From: an uncultured Thermoplasmata archaeon
Lineage (GTDB): Archaea > Thermoplasmatota > Thermoplasmata > UBA10834
Length of the DNA stretch: 64,000 nucleotides
Reading direction: 5' to 3'
NCBI GenBank assembly: GCA_963719945.1
Contig: CAVRDX010000003.1
Coordinates: 294,173 to 358,172 of the forward strand
Shown here: in pieces, positions 29,130 to 39,183 of the stretch
How positions within the stretch are numbered: the first letter of the stretch is position 1
Layout: each line of letters begins with the position of its first letter
Position numbers and translations under genes: made by a program
The notes under the pieces: generated by a model
The model's input: only the letters and a program-made list of their open reading frames with translations
What the model was told of the DNA's origin: nothing
Databases searched by the model: none

Positions 29130-30369
29130 TCATCACACCGTTCCCGTTCATCTTGGCAGCCCTGGCAAGTGCCCCCACTTTCAGCGGCAGCCCCCAAACA
29201 TAGATGAAACCCTTCGCAGCGGAATGATCGAATTCATCACCCTTCTCATATGTCGACAACGCCGTGTTGTACAATGAGTTGGGGGATTCTCTTCCGACCA
29301 CCGTCGCATTTCCTTTGAATAACTTGACCCTGACAGTCCCTGTGACATTGCACTGGGTCTTCTCGATGAAGGCATCCAATGATTCTTTCAGAGGCGAGAA
29401 CCAAAGGCCGTTATAGACAAGGTCTGCATAGTGCTGCTCCACGACCTTCTTGTAATGATGCAAGTCCTTCGTCATTACCAGACTCTCCAGGTCCTGGTGA
29501 GCCTTGATGAGCACCGTGGCCGCAGGCGCTTCGTAGACCTCTCTCGACTTGATGCCGACGAGCCGGTTCTCGATGTGGTCTATCCTGCCGATACCGTGGT
29601 GACCAGCCAATTCATTGAGAGCGACTATCATGTCCAGCAGCTCCATCTGCGTGCCGTTCATGGTCACAGGCTTTCCCTCGATGAAGCCGATCTCGACATA
29701 TGCGGGCTGGTCCGGGGTCTTCTCTATACAATCTGTCCATCCGAAGATGGACTCCGGTGGCTCGACCCATGGGTCCTCCAGGATGCCGCATTCGATGGCT
29801 CTGCTCCACACGCTCTCGTCTATGCTGTACGGAGCATCCAATGTGACAGGTATGGGTATGTTGTTCTGCTTGGCGTAATCGATCTCCTCTTCCCTGGACA
29901 TCTTCCAGTCGCGAGTCGGGGCGAGTATCTTCATCTCAGGTGCGAGTCCCATTATTGAGACCTCGAATCTCACCTGGTCGTTACCCTTTCCAGTGCAACC
30001 GTGCGCAATGGTATCCGCGCCGAGCCGTTTCGCCATCTCGACGAGTTTGGCGACCATCAGAGGTCTCGCGATCGCGGTCCCGAGGGGATAATTCCCTTCA
30101 TAGAGTGAGTTGGCTTTCAGAGCAGGCAGCACGTAGTCATCCGCGAATTCCTTCTTCGCGTCGATTACCCAGGCCCGCGAAGCACCTATTTCTCTGGCCC
30201 TTCTCATCGCATCCTTGAGATCGTCAGATTGACCGACATCGACGGTCACGGCTACGATCTCGCAGCCGTACTTCTCTTTCAGCCAGTGGATTGCCACTGA
30301 CGTATCCAGGCCGCCCGAATATGCGAGCAGAATCTTCTGCGTTTCTTTCTTTTGACCAGAGCCTTCCAT
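29086..30369 (-). CDS. argG: Argininosuccinate synthase
   Basis: LAYSGGLDTS, HGCTGKGNDQVRF, ENRLVGIKSREVYE. Confidence 0.96.
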   Translation of the reverse strand: MEGSGQKKETQKILLAYSGGLDTSVAIHWLKEKYGCEIVAVTVDVGQSDDLKDAMRRAREIGASRAWVIDAKKEFADDYVLPALKANSLYEGNYPLGTAIARPLMVAKLVEMAKRLGADTIAHGCTGKGNDQVRFEVSIMGLAPEMKILAPTRDWKMSREEEIDYAKQNNIPIPVTLDAPYSIDESVWSRAIECGILEDPWVEPPESIFGWTDCIEKTPDQPAYVEIGFIEGKPVTMNGTQMELLDMIVALNELAGHHGIGRIDHIENRLVGIKSREVYEAPAATVLIKAHQDLESLVMTKDLHHYKKVVEQHYADLVYNGLWFSPLKESLDAFIEKTQCNVTGTVRVKLFKGNATVVGRESPNSLYNTALSTYEKGDEFDHSAAKGFIYVWGLPLKVGALARAAKMNGNGVMSECAVNQECIPVCK

Positions 30370-30585
30370 GGCACAGTCGCCTCTGAGTGTTCGATTGAAA
30401 GGCATGTATATGGGTGCTGTGACTTGCCGAGAACATAGTCATCCGATACCTGTCCAATTCTCGACAGTTGAGACTTCGCAAGATTTCAATTTATGGTTTT
30501 CTGACGGGGTCTGGCATGTTCCGGTCCAGTTCCAGCACCCTTTAAGTACACGCACAATATTACTTCCAGATACGGAAGGAGTTAT

Positions 30586-30936
30586 TTGGCACGCTATAGG
30601 CAGGAAGTCGAGGAGCCGGTCATTGGTGCAGATGGCCAACCAGAGTTTGTCCGGGTCCGGTTGCCGAGAAAGAAGGACAGAGAGATATTCGGCATAGCGG
30701 ATCAGCTCCTCGGTGCATCTCGAATCAAGATCATGTGCGCGGACGGCAAGGCCCGCATGGGTCGTATACCTGGCAAAATAAAGAAGCGCATGTGGATCAG
30801 GGAGGGCGACCTTGTCATCGTGCAACCCTGGGAGTTCCAGGATGAGAAGGCCAATATCATATACAGATACACCAAGACTCAGGCGATGTACCTGAGCAGG
30901 AAGAAGATGATACCGAAGTCCGTCGACATCTTCTGA
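30586..30936 (+). CDS. eif1a: Translation initiation factor eIF-1A
   Basis: RVRLP, CADGK, RIPGK, WIREGD, PWEFQ, RYTKTQ. Confidence 0.95.
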   Translation: MARYRQEVEEPVIGADGQPEFVRVRLPRKKDREIFGIADQLLGASRIKIMCADGKARMGRIPGKIKKRMWIREGDLVIVQPWEFQDEKANIIYRYTKTQAMYLSRKKMIPKSVDIF

Positions 30937-30959
30937 CCACAGCGGTCGGGTGAATTCTC

Positions 30960-31727
30960 TTGACTCGCGATGAGGACTATCACGCCTTTGAACGCGAGAT
31001 TGATGGCTGGCGGAAACGCCGCAACGATTCTGATGATAGGAAGTCGTATGATGAGGTATTCGACCACCAGAACCTGATGAGGATATACAAGCTGTTCACC
31101 ACCGGTGTCATAGAGAAGTTCGATTTTCCTATATCCACGGGCAAGGAAGGGAACGTGTTCCGAGCGACCACCAAGGGTGGGGAGTTGCGCGCCGTCAAGA
31201 TATACCGGACATCCACATCGACATTCAAGGACATGGCGAAGTATGTCCATGGTGACCCACGTTTCGGAAGGCTCATCTCGAACAGGAAGAAGCTCATTCT
31301 GGCATGGGCAGAGAAGGAGTTCCTCAACTTGCACGCTTTTGAAAGGGCTGGCGTCCGAGTCCCGAAGCCATACGTGCACAAGGACAACATCATCGTCATG
31401 GAATACATCGGGGACGACAATGAGCCTGCTCGTGAACTCCGGAATGTGCTTTTAGAGGATCCAGAGGCGATTGCCCGGAAGTTACTGGACTACGTCAGGC
31501 TCGCATACCAGAAGGCGAAGTTGGTACACGCCGACCTCAGCGAGTTCAACATACTGATGTTGAACGGCGAGCCCATCATCATAGATGTTGGTCAGGCGGT
31601 CATGCTCTCCCATTCCCAGTCCGGCGAATGGCTTGAGCGCGATGTCCGAAACGTGGCAAGGTATTTCAAAAAGTACGGCTTAGCGATCGATGTAGCTGCA
31701 GAACTCGAGGAGATACGAAGAGAATGA
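30960..31727 (+). CDS. rio1: RIO1 serine/threonine kinase
   Basis: STGKEGNVF, AVKIY, GDPRF, WAEKEF, HADLSEFN, IDVGQAV. Confidence 0.94.
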   Translation: MTRDEDYHAFEREIDGWRKRRNDSDDRKSYDEVFDHQNLMRIYKLFTTGVIEKFDFPISTGKEGNVFRATTKGGELRAVKIYRTSTSTFKDMAKYVHGDPRFGRLISNRKKLILAWAEKEFLNLHAFERAGVRVPKPYVHKDNIIVMEYIGDDNEPARELRNVLLEDPEAIARKLLDYVRLAYQKAKLVHADLSEFNILMLNGEPIIIDVGQAVMLSHSQSGEWLERDVRNVARYFKKYGLAIDVAAELEEIRRE

Positions 31728-32266
31728 TAATGTCCGTTAAGATTCCGGCTGAGAGGATCGGGGTTCTGATAGGCAAGAACGGTGCGGTCAAACGCAATAT
31801 CGAGAAGCTCACAGGCGTGAGGATTTCCGTGGATTCAGAGGAAGGGGACGTGCAGATGGACCACTCCCAGGCTCAGGATCCCGCCATGGCTTTGGCCGTG
31901 CAGGATGTCGTAGTCGCAGTTGGCCGCGGTTTCTCGGCGGAGAAGGCGCTGAAGTTGTTGAACGAGGACATATACCTCGAAGTGCTGGACATCAGGGACT
32001 ATGTCGGCAAGAAAGCCACCCATGTGGCCAGAATGAGGGCAAGGGTCATAGGCTCGCATGGCAAGACCCGTCAGATATTCGAGGAGCTCACGGGGATAGA
32101 CCTTTCCATCCAAGGGAACACAGTGGCCATCATTGGAGACCTTCTTCAGATCGATATTGCCCGAAGGGGTCTGGACATGCTCCTGAACGGGAGCGAACAC
32201 TCTGCCGTCTACAAGTTCCTCGAGGGAAGACGGATGGAGATCAAGGTCGATGGCATGGGTTTCTGA
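31724..32266 (+). CDS. KH-domain RNA-processing protein (Dim2/Pno1-like)
   Basis: RIGVLIGKNG, GRGFS, RVIGSHGKTR, GSEH; canonical eIF1A-rio1-KH synteny. Confidence 0.92.
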   Translation: MIMSVKIPAERIGVLIGKNGAVKRNIEKLTGVRISVDSEEGDVQMDHSQAQDPAMALAVQDVVVAVGRGFSAEKALKLLNEDIYLEVLDIRDYVGKKATHVARMRARVIGSHGKTRQIFEELTGIDLSIQGNTVAIIGDLLQIDIARRGLDMLLNGSEHSAVYKFLEGRRMEIKVDGMGF

Positions 32267-32318
32267 ATGCCGTTATCGGGACGATTGAAATACCATCAAT
32301 TCCATAAGTGTCGCTGAT

Positions 32319-32864
32319 ATGGTCGAAGAAATTGTGAGGGCGTTCGAGTCCGACCTCGAGTCGATACCTCTTAGCACTATAACGGGCGAGACCTACAATG
32401 AGCGTATCATGAAGTTATGCGCCCATATCATGCTCGGATTGTGGACGAGGATCGCTTTGGAGACCGGCCAGAAACTCACCATGACTCCGTTTCAGTATTC
32501 TCTGGGCATCTATCACGGTCAGATGAATTGGGTCCTCAACGAGGCACTCAACTACAAGGACCTCCCACAGATCGAGCTCTCCGGCACCTACGGCAAGAGG
32601 CATGCGCTGGTTGCGGAGAGCTACAACAATAAGGGGGGTGAGAGGATGAGGCTCGTGTTTGCCCTCGACGAGGAGGATGTGAAGGGGAAACCTCTGCCCG
32701 TGAACTATCTTCTCTACGACTCCCCGTTGACTGAGTTTGCCATAGGGCCAGTATTGGATGCGATAAAGAACTCGCTTCCGAAATGGGTGGAGACCATAAG
32801 GACCCGGAGCGAAGAGCCGCTATCGACATACTGCAAGGAAAGTCTAGAATGTGTGGGTGTCTAG
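32319..32864 (+). CDS. Hypothetical protein
   Basis: 181-aa ORF filling the gap between housekeeping genes. Confidence 0.65.
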   Translation: MVEEIVRAFESDLESIPLSTITGETYNERIMKLCAHIMLGLWTRIALETGQKLTMTPFQYSLGIYHGQMNWVLNEALNYKDLPQIELSGTYGKRHALVAESYNNKGGERMRLVFALDEEDVKGKPLPVNYLLYDSPLTEFAIGPVLDAIKNSLPKWVETIRTRSEEPLSTYCKESLECVGV

Positions 32865-32962
32865 GGTGAAGCGCTGGCGGTCAGAGCAGTGCACCGCACG
32901 AATCGCCCACCTGCGCCAGTTCACAATCAATATATACTCGTCATACGTCCCTAGGACTAACA

Positions 32963-34195
32963 ATGTCCGAACGGCTAAAAATCGCAAGTCAGGCGCTTCA
33001 GCGCCCCTTGTGTAACCATTGCCTGGGACGGCTTTTTGCGAAGGTTACATCTGGTCTGACCAACGAACAGAGAGGGCTTCTAGTCAGGATCAGCCTGACG
33101 GATGCAGCTCCGGAACCATCTGATTCGACCAAATGTCCGATATGCAAAGGCCTGTTCCTCGAGGTCGAGAAATTCGCAGATCTGTGCGTCCGGTCAGGCA
33201 AGGGCTACGAATTCACGACTTTCCTGCTCGGGACGAAGGTGGACGTCGATCTGCTTGAAGCTGAAGAGCAGCTCTGGGCAGATATCGGTGCGGAAGAGGT
33301 CGAATCGCTCAAATCGGAACTGAACAGGGAGATCGGGAAGATCGTGGAGAAGCGATTGGCGATCACCGCCGATTTCTCCAACCCGGAGATGGTGTTCCTG
33401 GTCGATACCCGGTTCGACAGGGTGGTCCCATCCGTCACGCCATTATTCGTATACGGTAGATATCGCAAATTCTCAAGGGAGATACCTCAGACCCGCTGGC
33501 CTTGCAGGGAGTGCAGGGGCAAAGGATGCCCTAGATGTGCTGGCAAGGGTAGGATGTACGAGACCAGCGTTCAAGATCAGATCGGACCGATCGTCATGAA
33601 GCATGCCGAGGGTGAGGAGGACTTCTTCCACGGTATGGGCAGGGAGGACATCGATGCATGCATGCTGGGGAACGGCCGCCCGTTCGTGGCCGAGGTCAGG
33701 AACCCCAAGAAGAGGACCATAGACCTGCCTGCAGTAGAATCGGAGATAAATTCGTCCTCGAAAGGCCTTATCGAGATCGAAGGGTTGAGGCCCAGCAGCC
33801 GTTCGGAGATGAGGGCCATCAAGGAGTCAGCGCACCCCAAAACATACAGGGTCAGGGTGCGCTTCCAGCACGTTTTCGAGGACAGAAAGCTTAAAGATAT
33901 AGTTCGTGTATTGGCCGAAAACCCTATAAGTCAGCAGACGCCCACCAGGGTGTCCCACAGACGTGCTGACCTCGAAAGGCTGAGGACGATCAGAAGGATC
34001 GAAATCGAGTCTGTCGAGGGCCAGGAGGTCGTGTTCGTCGTCGAGGCGGACAGCGGGACATACATCAAGGAACTGATGCACGGCGACCAGGGGAGAACGA
34101 ATCCCAATGTCGCCGATGTGGTCGGAATCCCCTGTGAGGTGCTTCAGCTGGACGTTATAAGGATCGGAGACAAAGGGGCGGAAGGACATGGTTAA
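32963..34195 (+). CDS. pus10: tRNA pseudouridine(54/55) synthase Pus10
   Basis: LCNHCLGR, GRYRKFSREIPQTRW, HGMGREDID, QQTPTRV, GTYIKEL, GRTNP. Confidence 0.95.
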   Translation: MSERLKIASQALQRPLCNHCLGRLFAKVTSGLTNEQRGLLVRISLTDAAPEPSDSTKCPICKGLFLEVEKFADLCVRSGKGYEFTTFLLGTKVDVDLLEAEEQLWADIGAEEVESLKSELNREIGKIVEKRLAITADFSNPEMVFLVDTRFDRVVPSVTPLFVYGRYRKFSREIPQTRWPCRECRGKGCPRCAGKGRMYETSVQDQIGPIVMKHAEGEEDFFHGMGREDIDACMLGNGRPFVAEVRNPKKRTIDLPAVESEINSSSKGLIEIEGLRPSSRSEMRAIKESAHPKTYRVRVRFQHVFEDRKLKDIVRVLAENPISQQTPTRVSHRRADLERLRTIRRIEIESVEGQEVVFVVEADSGTYIKELMHGDQGRTNPNVADVVGIPCEVLQLDVIRIGDKGAEGHG

Positions 34196-34481
34196 AGCTT
34201 CCAAGGGATACAGACGCAGAACTAGGTCCGTCATGCAGAAGCGTGCGAGAGACAGGGGTCTCTCTCCGATCACGAAGGAGTTCCAGACTTTTGACGTCGG
34301 GGAGCAAGCATCGGTTACCATCGACCCTAGCATACACAAGGGCCAGCCGCATGTGAGGTTCCAAGGAGAAACTGGAACCGTGGCGGGCAAGCGGGGAGAT
34401 GCCTATCTCATCGACATCAAGGATGGCAACAAGAGCAAGCAGCTGATTGTCAGGCCAGAGCACCTGAGGAAGGCTCATTAG
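34188..34481 (+). CDS. rpl21e: 50S ribosomal protein L21e
   Basis: SKGYRRRTR, IDPSIHKGQPH, RPEHL. Confidence 0.96.
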   Translation: MVKASKGYRRRTRSVMQKRARDRGLSPITKEFQTFDVGEQASVTIDPSIHKGQPHVRFQGETGTVAGKRGDAYLIDIKDGNKSKQLIVRPEHLRKAH

Positions 34482-34495
34482 TATAGCGCCGGACG

Positions 34496-34825
34496 GTGTT
34501 TTTCATGGAAGACAAGAAGATAGCGACTCTCACTGAGGTAAAGGACATTCTTCTCGAGCGCGAGAAGGATGGCGAGCTGACGGGCGAGCAGAGGCTGGCA
34601 ATGGAGCACAGTCAGAAGTTCGCCAAGATCGACTCGAAGAAGTCCAAGAAGCTCGTTAAGGAGCTTATGGAGCTCGGATTCGTCTCTGATCTTAACGCAG
34701 TCAAGATCGCTGACATTATGCCAGATCACCCTGATGACATAAGGGCGTTGTTCGCCAAAGAGCGGGCGAACCTGGATAAGAAGGACATCGAAAAGATTCT
34801 TAGCATAGTAGAGAAGTATCTCTGA
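34496..34825 (+). CDS. rpoF: RNA polymerase subunit F (Rpo4)
   Basis: EVKDIL, EQRLAMEH, KIADIMP, FAKER; synteny. Confidence 0.92.
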   Translation: MFFMEDKKIATLTEVKDILLEREKDGELTGEQRLAMEHSQKFAKIDSKKSKKLVKELMELGFVSDLNAVKIADIMPDHPDDIRALFAKERANLDKKDIEKILSIVEKYL

Positions 34826-34846
34826 CGAGCTTCGGGGGGATTTTCG

Positions 34847-35395
34847 TTGGAGGACTACGCAAGGATACTAGACTACTTACCACAGGGCCTTCCTGATGAG
34901 AGGAAGTTCAAGCGGGAGCAAGTAGCTTATGCAATGGGCGAGGACCAGTTCAAGCTCTTCGAGCTTGTCCCCAAGGAGGGGATCAACATGACGATCGGTG
35001 ACAGGGTCTACATAGGCAAGGACCTGGACCTTCGCCAGGAGATCCTGCATGTAAAACGGAGGATCAACTACTCCGAGCTGACCAATGCCGCTCAGAGCGA
35101 GCTGCCGTTCATCATCATGGATGTCATAAAGACCAACGAACCGAGGTTCGTCAGGTTCTTCAACGAATCGCAATCCATAACCACTAGGTTCCACATGCTC
35201 GAGCTGCTCCCAGGTTTGGGCAAGAAGACCATGTGGAGCATCCTCGAGGAAAGGAAGAAGGGTTTGTTCAAATCCCTGAAGGAACTCGAGGAGAGGGTCC
35301 CGATGGCGCACCAGCTGGACAAGTTGCTCGCAAAGAGGATTGAGGAGGAGCTCTCCAACCCTGGCGAGAAGTACCATCTGTTCGTCTCCAGGTGA
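34847..35395 (+). CDS. DUF655 putative RNA-binding protein
   Basis: ILDYLPQG, RVYIGK, FFNES, HMLELLPGLGKK; synteny. Confidence 0.92.
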   Translation: MEDYARILDYLPQGLPDERKFKREQVAYAMGEDQFKLFELVPKEGINMTIGDRVYIGKDLDLRQEILHVKRRINYSELTNAAQSELPFIIMDVIKTNEPRFVRFFNESQSITTRFHMLELLPGLGKKTMWSILEERKKGLFKSLKELEERVPMAHQLDKLLAKRIEEELSNPGEKYHLFVSR

Positions 35396-35414
35396 TCCCC
35401 GAGGATATGTTCTC

Positions 35415-36251
35415 ATGAGAGCCGAAGAGGTCAGGACGGTCCTGGATTCGATGGGCAAGCGCCCGACCAAACGGTTGGGTCAGAACTTCCTATTGGATGA
35501 TTCGATAATCCATAGACAGGTCGCCCTCGCGGGATTGAAAGCCGGGGAACGAGTTCTGGAGATCGGTCCGGGCATAGGGAACCTGACGGATGAGATACTC
35601 AAGTATGGCGTCTCTCTCGTGGCTGTCGAGCAGGACCGTGAGTTCTGCAAGTTCCTGAAGAAGCGATTCGGCGATAGGATAGAGTTGATCCAGGCGGATG
35701 CGGTCAAGGCGTTCCTGCCAGAGTTCTCGAAGGTCGTCTCGAACCTCCCATATCAGATATCGTCTCCTATCACGTTCAAATTGTTGGAGATCGGGTTCGA
35801 GGTTGCGATCCTGATGCTTCAGAAGGAGTTCGCCGAGAGGATGGTGGCCAAGCCAGGAACCTCGGACTACGGTCGTCTCTCCGTCGGGATATACTACCAT
35901 GCGGATTGTGAGATCGCCATAAAAGTCCCGAGACATGCGTTCTGGCCCCAGCCAAAAGTCGATTCGTGCGTGGTCAAGCTGACACCCAGGAAGCCGCCGT
36001 TCACAGTGCTCGACGAGAAGCTGTATTTCAATGTCGTGCGCGCGATATTCTCCCATAGACGCAAGAAGATATCGAATTCGCTTGAGGTGGATCCAGCGGT
36101 CAGAGGCGTCGTGAGATCTGACATGCGAGAATCTCTCAAGACGCTGCCATATGCTTCCGAGCGCGCAGAGAACCTGACGCCCGAGATGATGGGCGAGCTG
36201 TCGGATGCATTGTTCGAGCTGGCTAGGCCTTCTCAGGGAAGAACCTCTTGA
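35415..36251 (+). CDS. rsmA: 16S rRNA dimethyladenosine transferase KsgA/RsmA
   Basis: LGQNFL, LEIGPGIG, SNLPYQISS, QKEFAER, YGRLSV, PKVDS. Confidence 0.95.
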   Translation: MRAEEVRTVLDSMGKRPTKRLGQNFLLDDSIIHRQVALAGLKAGERVLEIGPGIGNLTDEILKYGVSLVAVEQDREFCKFLKKRFGDRIELIQADAVKAFLPEFSKVVSNLPYQISSPITFKLLEIGFEVAILMLQKEFAERMVAKPGTSDYGRLSVGIYYHADCEIAIKVPRHAFWPQPKVDSCVVKLTPRKPPFTVLDEKLYFNVVRAIFSHRRKKISNSLEVDPAVRGVVRSDMRESLKTLPYASERAENLTPEMMGELSDALFELARPSQGRTS

Positions 36252-37296
36252 TTATGGCGTCCGCGATCTTGCGGGGGCCGTCCACAAGCACATCGCAGAC
36301 AGGCACTCCATACTTCTTCTCGTACTCCGCCATCTTATCCTGGACCTCCTCTCTTGTGAGGTTCTCGTGGTTGAGCGTGATTCCTATGATGTCCGAGTGT
36401 GCGTAGACCCGTATGAGTTCCAGCTCACGGTCGATAGTGCCGTTCGGGATATGCAATTCGTCTGCATGGTAGCTCCTGTACTTCCTGCCTGGTGCGTGTT
36501 GGAGCACCACCGTGCTGGGCTTCGAGGCGCTGACTATGGCCCTGGATCCAGTCACGTATGCCGGATGGCTGAGCGCTCCCTGTCCCTCGACGATTATGAC
36601 CTGCGGTTTCTCGTTCTCGTATGCATTCCATATCGCATTCTCGAGCTCGCCGACGACATAGTCTCCGCGTATCGCATCGACTGGGACTCCATACTTCGAA
36701 CCTTGGAGCAGACCTGTCTGACCGGTCGCCACGAAAGTTGTTTTGATTCCTCGAGCGTTGAGCTCCTTGGTGAGGATGACCGCAGTGGTCCTCTTGCCGC
36801 TTGCAGCATCCGTCCCGAGTATCGGTATCCTGACCGCGTCAATCTTCTCCGCGAGACCCTTATAGTAATGCATCTCGCCCAGCGGAGGCTCCTTCCTTAT
36901 GTCCACTATCTTGACGCCATGCTTCTGCGCGAGCGGCCCGAACTCCTTGTCGTTCGCGAGCCATTCGTGCAGTCCGGAGAGTATGCTTATCCCATTGGAT
37001 ATCGCAATCTTCACGGGCTCTCTGAACTCAGGTGGCAGCATGCCTCCTATCGTCGCCACCCCGATGATCATCCATTGTGGCTTCTGATCCAGTGCCTTTA
37101 TCGATTCCTCGACTGACGCGAAGACCGGGATGCCGACCTTCTTTCCGTCGAGCACTTCTCCAGCATCCTTGCCAGCCTGCTTGCTATCGATCACTCCAAG
37201 GATTTGAAATCTCAGGGAATGCCTTATGAGACCTGCCGCGGTCTTCCCTCTTACTCTCCCAAAACCGTCTTCGCAGAGGATGATAGCAGTTTCCAT
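36223..37296 (-). CDS. DUF1611 domain protein
   Basis: GKTAAGLIR, SGLHE, GTDAASGKRTT, ATGQTG, VEGQGALSHP. Confidence 0.88.
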   Translation of the reverse strand: METAIILCEDGFGRVRGKTAAGLIRHSLRFQILGVIDSKQAGKDAGEVLDGKKVGIPVFASVEESIKALDQKPQWMIIGVATIGGMLPPEFREPVKIAISNGISILSGLHEWLANDKEFGPLAQKHGVKIVDIRKEPPLGEMHYYKGLAEKIDAVRIPILGTDAASGKRTTAVILTKELNARGIKTTFVATGQTGLLQGSKYGVPVDAIRGDYVVGELENAIWNAYENEKPQVIIVEGQGALSHPAYVTGSRAIVSASKPSTVVLQHAPGRKYRSYHADELHIPNGTIDRELELIRVYAHSDIIGITLNHENLTREEVQDKMAEYEKKYGVPVCDVLVDGPRKIADAIIKRFFPEKA

Positions 37297-37392
37297 GTTT
37301 GGCGGCACGGCATCAGCCGTATAAATGCCTTGAGATTTCCATCAGGAATCCCCTGCCAATGTTTTTATTTCCCTCGCTCACTCTTAGATTGG

Positions 37393-37902
37393 ATGATGAT
37401 CTGTCCAAAGTGCGAATCAGAGAACTCTGAAGGATCGGTCTTCTGCAACACGTGTGGGGTCAGATTCATGGTGTCGAGTTCTGACACAAACTATGGTGGA
37501 TACCCTTCGGTGTACGAGACGCCATATTTCGAGGCCGAAGGGTATGGGATGAGGGTCAGCATCTCAGAGAGCCGTTTCAATATGCATCTGGCTGCTGGTG
37601 TGGTGATATCCTTGTTATTTGGCACGATGTTCATCGTGTTGGGACTCACCAGATCCGTGGAACCTCTCATCTATATGGGGCTAATCTACTGGATCCTGGC
37701 CGCTCTGGTCATCCCGATGAATATGGCCTTCGTCCATCGTTATCGAAAGAAAGGTCGCCCGTTGGACTATGGTGGGAACCCGACTCAGCCGACGGCCGAA
37801 GAGGTCATGCGGGTCGAGGACGATATAGAAGATGAGCGAAGAGGGAAGAGGCCTACGGACGATGCACAGCTGGGCGATGATTTCATGATGCGGCGCATAT
37901 GA
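37393..37902 (+). CDS. Zinc-ribbon membrane protein
   Basis: CPKC..N..FCNTCG plus two TM helices. Confidence 0.72.
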   Translation: MMICPKCESENSEGSVFCNTCGVRFMVSSSDTNYGGYPSVYETPYFEAEGYGMRVSISESRFNMHLAAGVVISLLFGTMFIVLGLTRSVEPLIYMGLIYWILAALVIPMNMAFVHRYRKKGRPLDYGGNPTQPTAEEVMRVEDDIEDERRGKRPTDDAQLGDDFMMRRI

Positions 37903-37990
37903 GATGTCATGAGGCCGTGATCCGACATTGTTCAATCCGGCCACGAGCACCTTTTTCTATCTATACGGGTATTGAGCCCGGGGGAGCAAG

Positions 37991-39178
37991 ATGCTAGTCG
38001 GAATTGTCGGCAAGCCAAACGTAGGTAAATCAACTTTCTTCACCGCGCTCACATTGGCGACGGCTCAGATAGCGTCGTATCCTTTTACGACCATACAGCC
38101 GAACAAAGGCGTCGGATATGTCAGGAGTCCGTGCCCTCATGTCGATTTCGGAAAACCGTGCACGCCCAACAACTCCATATGCACTGACGGCACGAGGTTC
38201 GTACCGATCGAGGTGCTCGACGTCGCGGGCCTGGTCCCAGATGCCCATGCCGGCAGAGGTCTCGGCAATAAGTTCCTTGACGATCTGAGGCAGGCGGATG
38301 CGTTCATCCACGTAGTCGATGCGAGTGGAGGGACCGATTTCGAAGGAAACCCTGTCGGCGTCGGAACCCACGATCCCGTGCAGGACGTGAACTTCCTCGA
38401 GAGGGAACTCACCTATTGGATATTCGGCATACTCGAGAAGAATTTTGAGAAGATGGCAAAGCAGTCAAAGCTTGCAGGATCCAAGTTCGAGAAGATGCTG
38501 CACGAGAAATTGACTGGCCTGTCAATCTCCGAGACACAGGTCCTCGCTGCACTCAGACAGGCAGCACTGGATCCTGACCCTACACGGTGGAGCGATGCGG
38601 ACCTTCTGAAGTTCTGCTCGTTCCTTCAGAAGATCAGCAAACCGATGATCATCGCTGCCAACAAGGTGGATATCGCCCCTCCGGAGAATATCGCCCGCCT
38701 GAAAGCGACGGGACATCCATTGGTTCCAACAAGCGCCGAGTTCGAGCTCGCGCTCAGGAAGGCCGCGAAGGCCGGCATGGTGTCTTATGTTCCAGGTGAG
38801 GACAAGTTCGAGCTCCCTGACAAATCGAAGCTGAACGCGAACCAGATAGCCGCCCTCGACAAGATGGCTGCGTGGCTGAAGGCGAACAAGAGCACAGGCG
38901 TGCAGACGGTCCTGGAAGAGGTAGTGTTCAGAGTGCTCGACATGATGGTAGTTTATCCCGTGGAGGACGAGCACAAATGGTGCGATAAGCAGGGCCGCGT
39001 GCTGCCAGATGCTTACCTGATGCGCAGAGGCACCAACGCCAGGGATCTGGCGTTCAAGGTTCACACGGACCTGGGTGATAACTTTATTAGGGCGATCGAC
39101 GGAAAGACCCACATGGCGATAGGCCATGATCACGTGCTCAGGGAAGGCGATGTGATCAAGATAGTCGCGAAGGCTTGA
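37991..39178 (+). CDS. ychF: YchF/Obg-family ATPase
   Basis: GKPNVGKST, YPFTTI, DVAGLV, GLGNKFLDDL, NKVD, C-terminal TGS domain. Confidence 0.95.
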   Translation: MLVGIVGKPNVGKSTFFTALTLATAQIASYPFTTIQPNKGVGYVRSPCPHVDFGKPCTPNNSICTDGTRFVPIEVLDVAGLVPDAHAGRGLGNKFLDDLRQADAFIHVVDASGGTDFEGNPVGVGTHDPVQDVNFLERELTYWIFGILEKNFEKMAKQSKLAGSKFEKMLHEKLTGLSISETQVLAALRQAALDPDPTRWSDADLLKFCSFLQKISKPMIIAANKVDIAPPENIARLKATGHPLVPTSAEFELALRKAAKAGMVSYVPGEDKFELPDKSKLNANQIAALDKMAAWLKANKSTGVQTVLEEVVFRVLDMMVVYPVEDEHKWCDKQGRVLPDAYLMRRGTNARDLAFKVHTDLGDNFIRAIDGKTHMAIGHDHVLREGDVIKIVAKA

Positions 39179-39183
39179 TCTTG

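Noticed and set aside
36205-37116. 303-aa plus-strand ORF
   Set aside because: Antisense shadow of the DUF1611 gene with no recognisable motifs.
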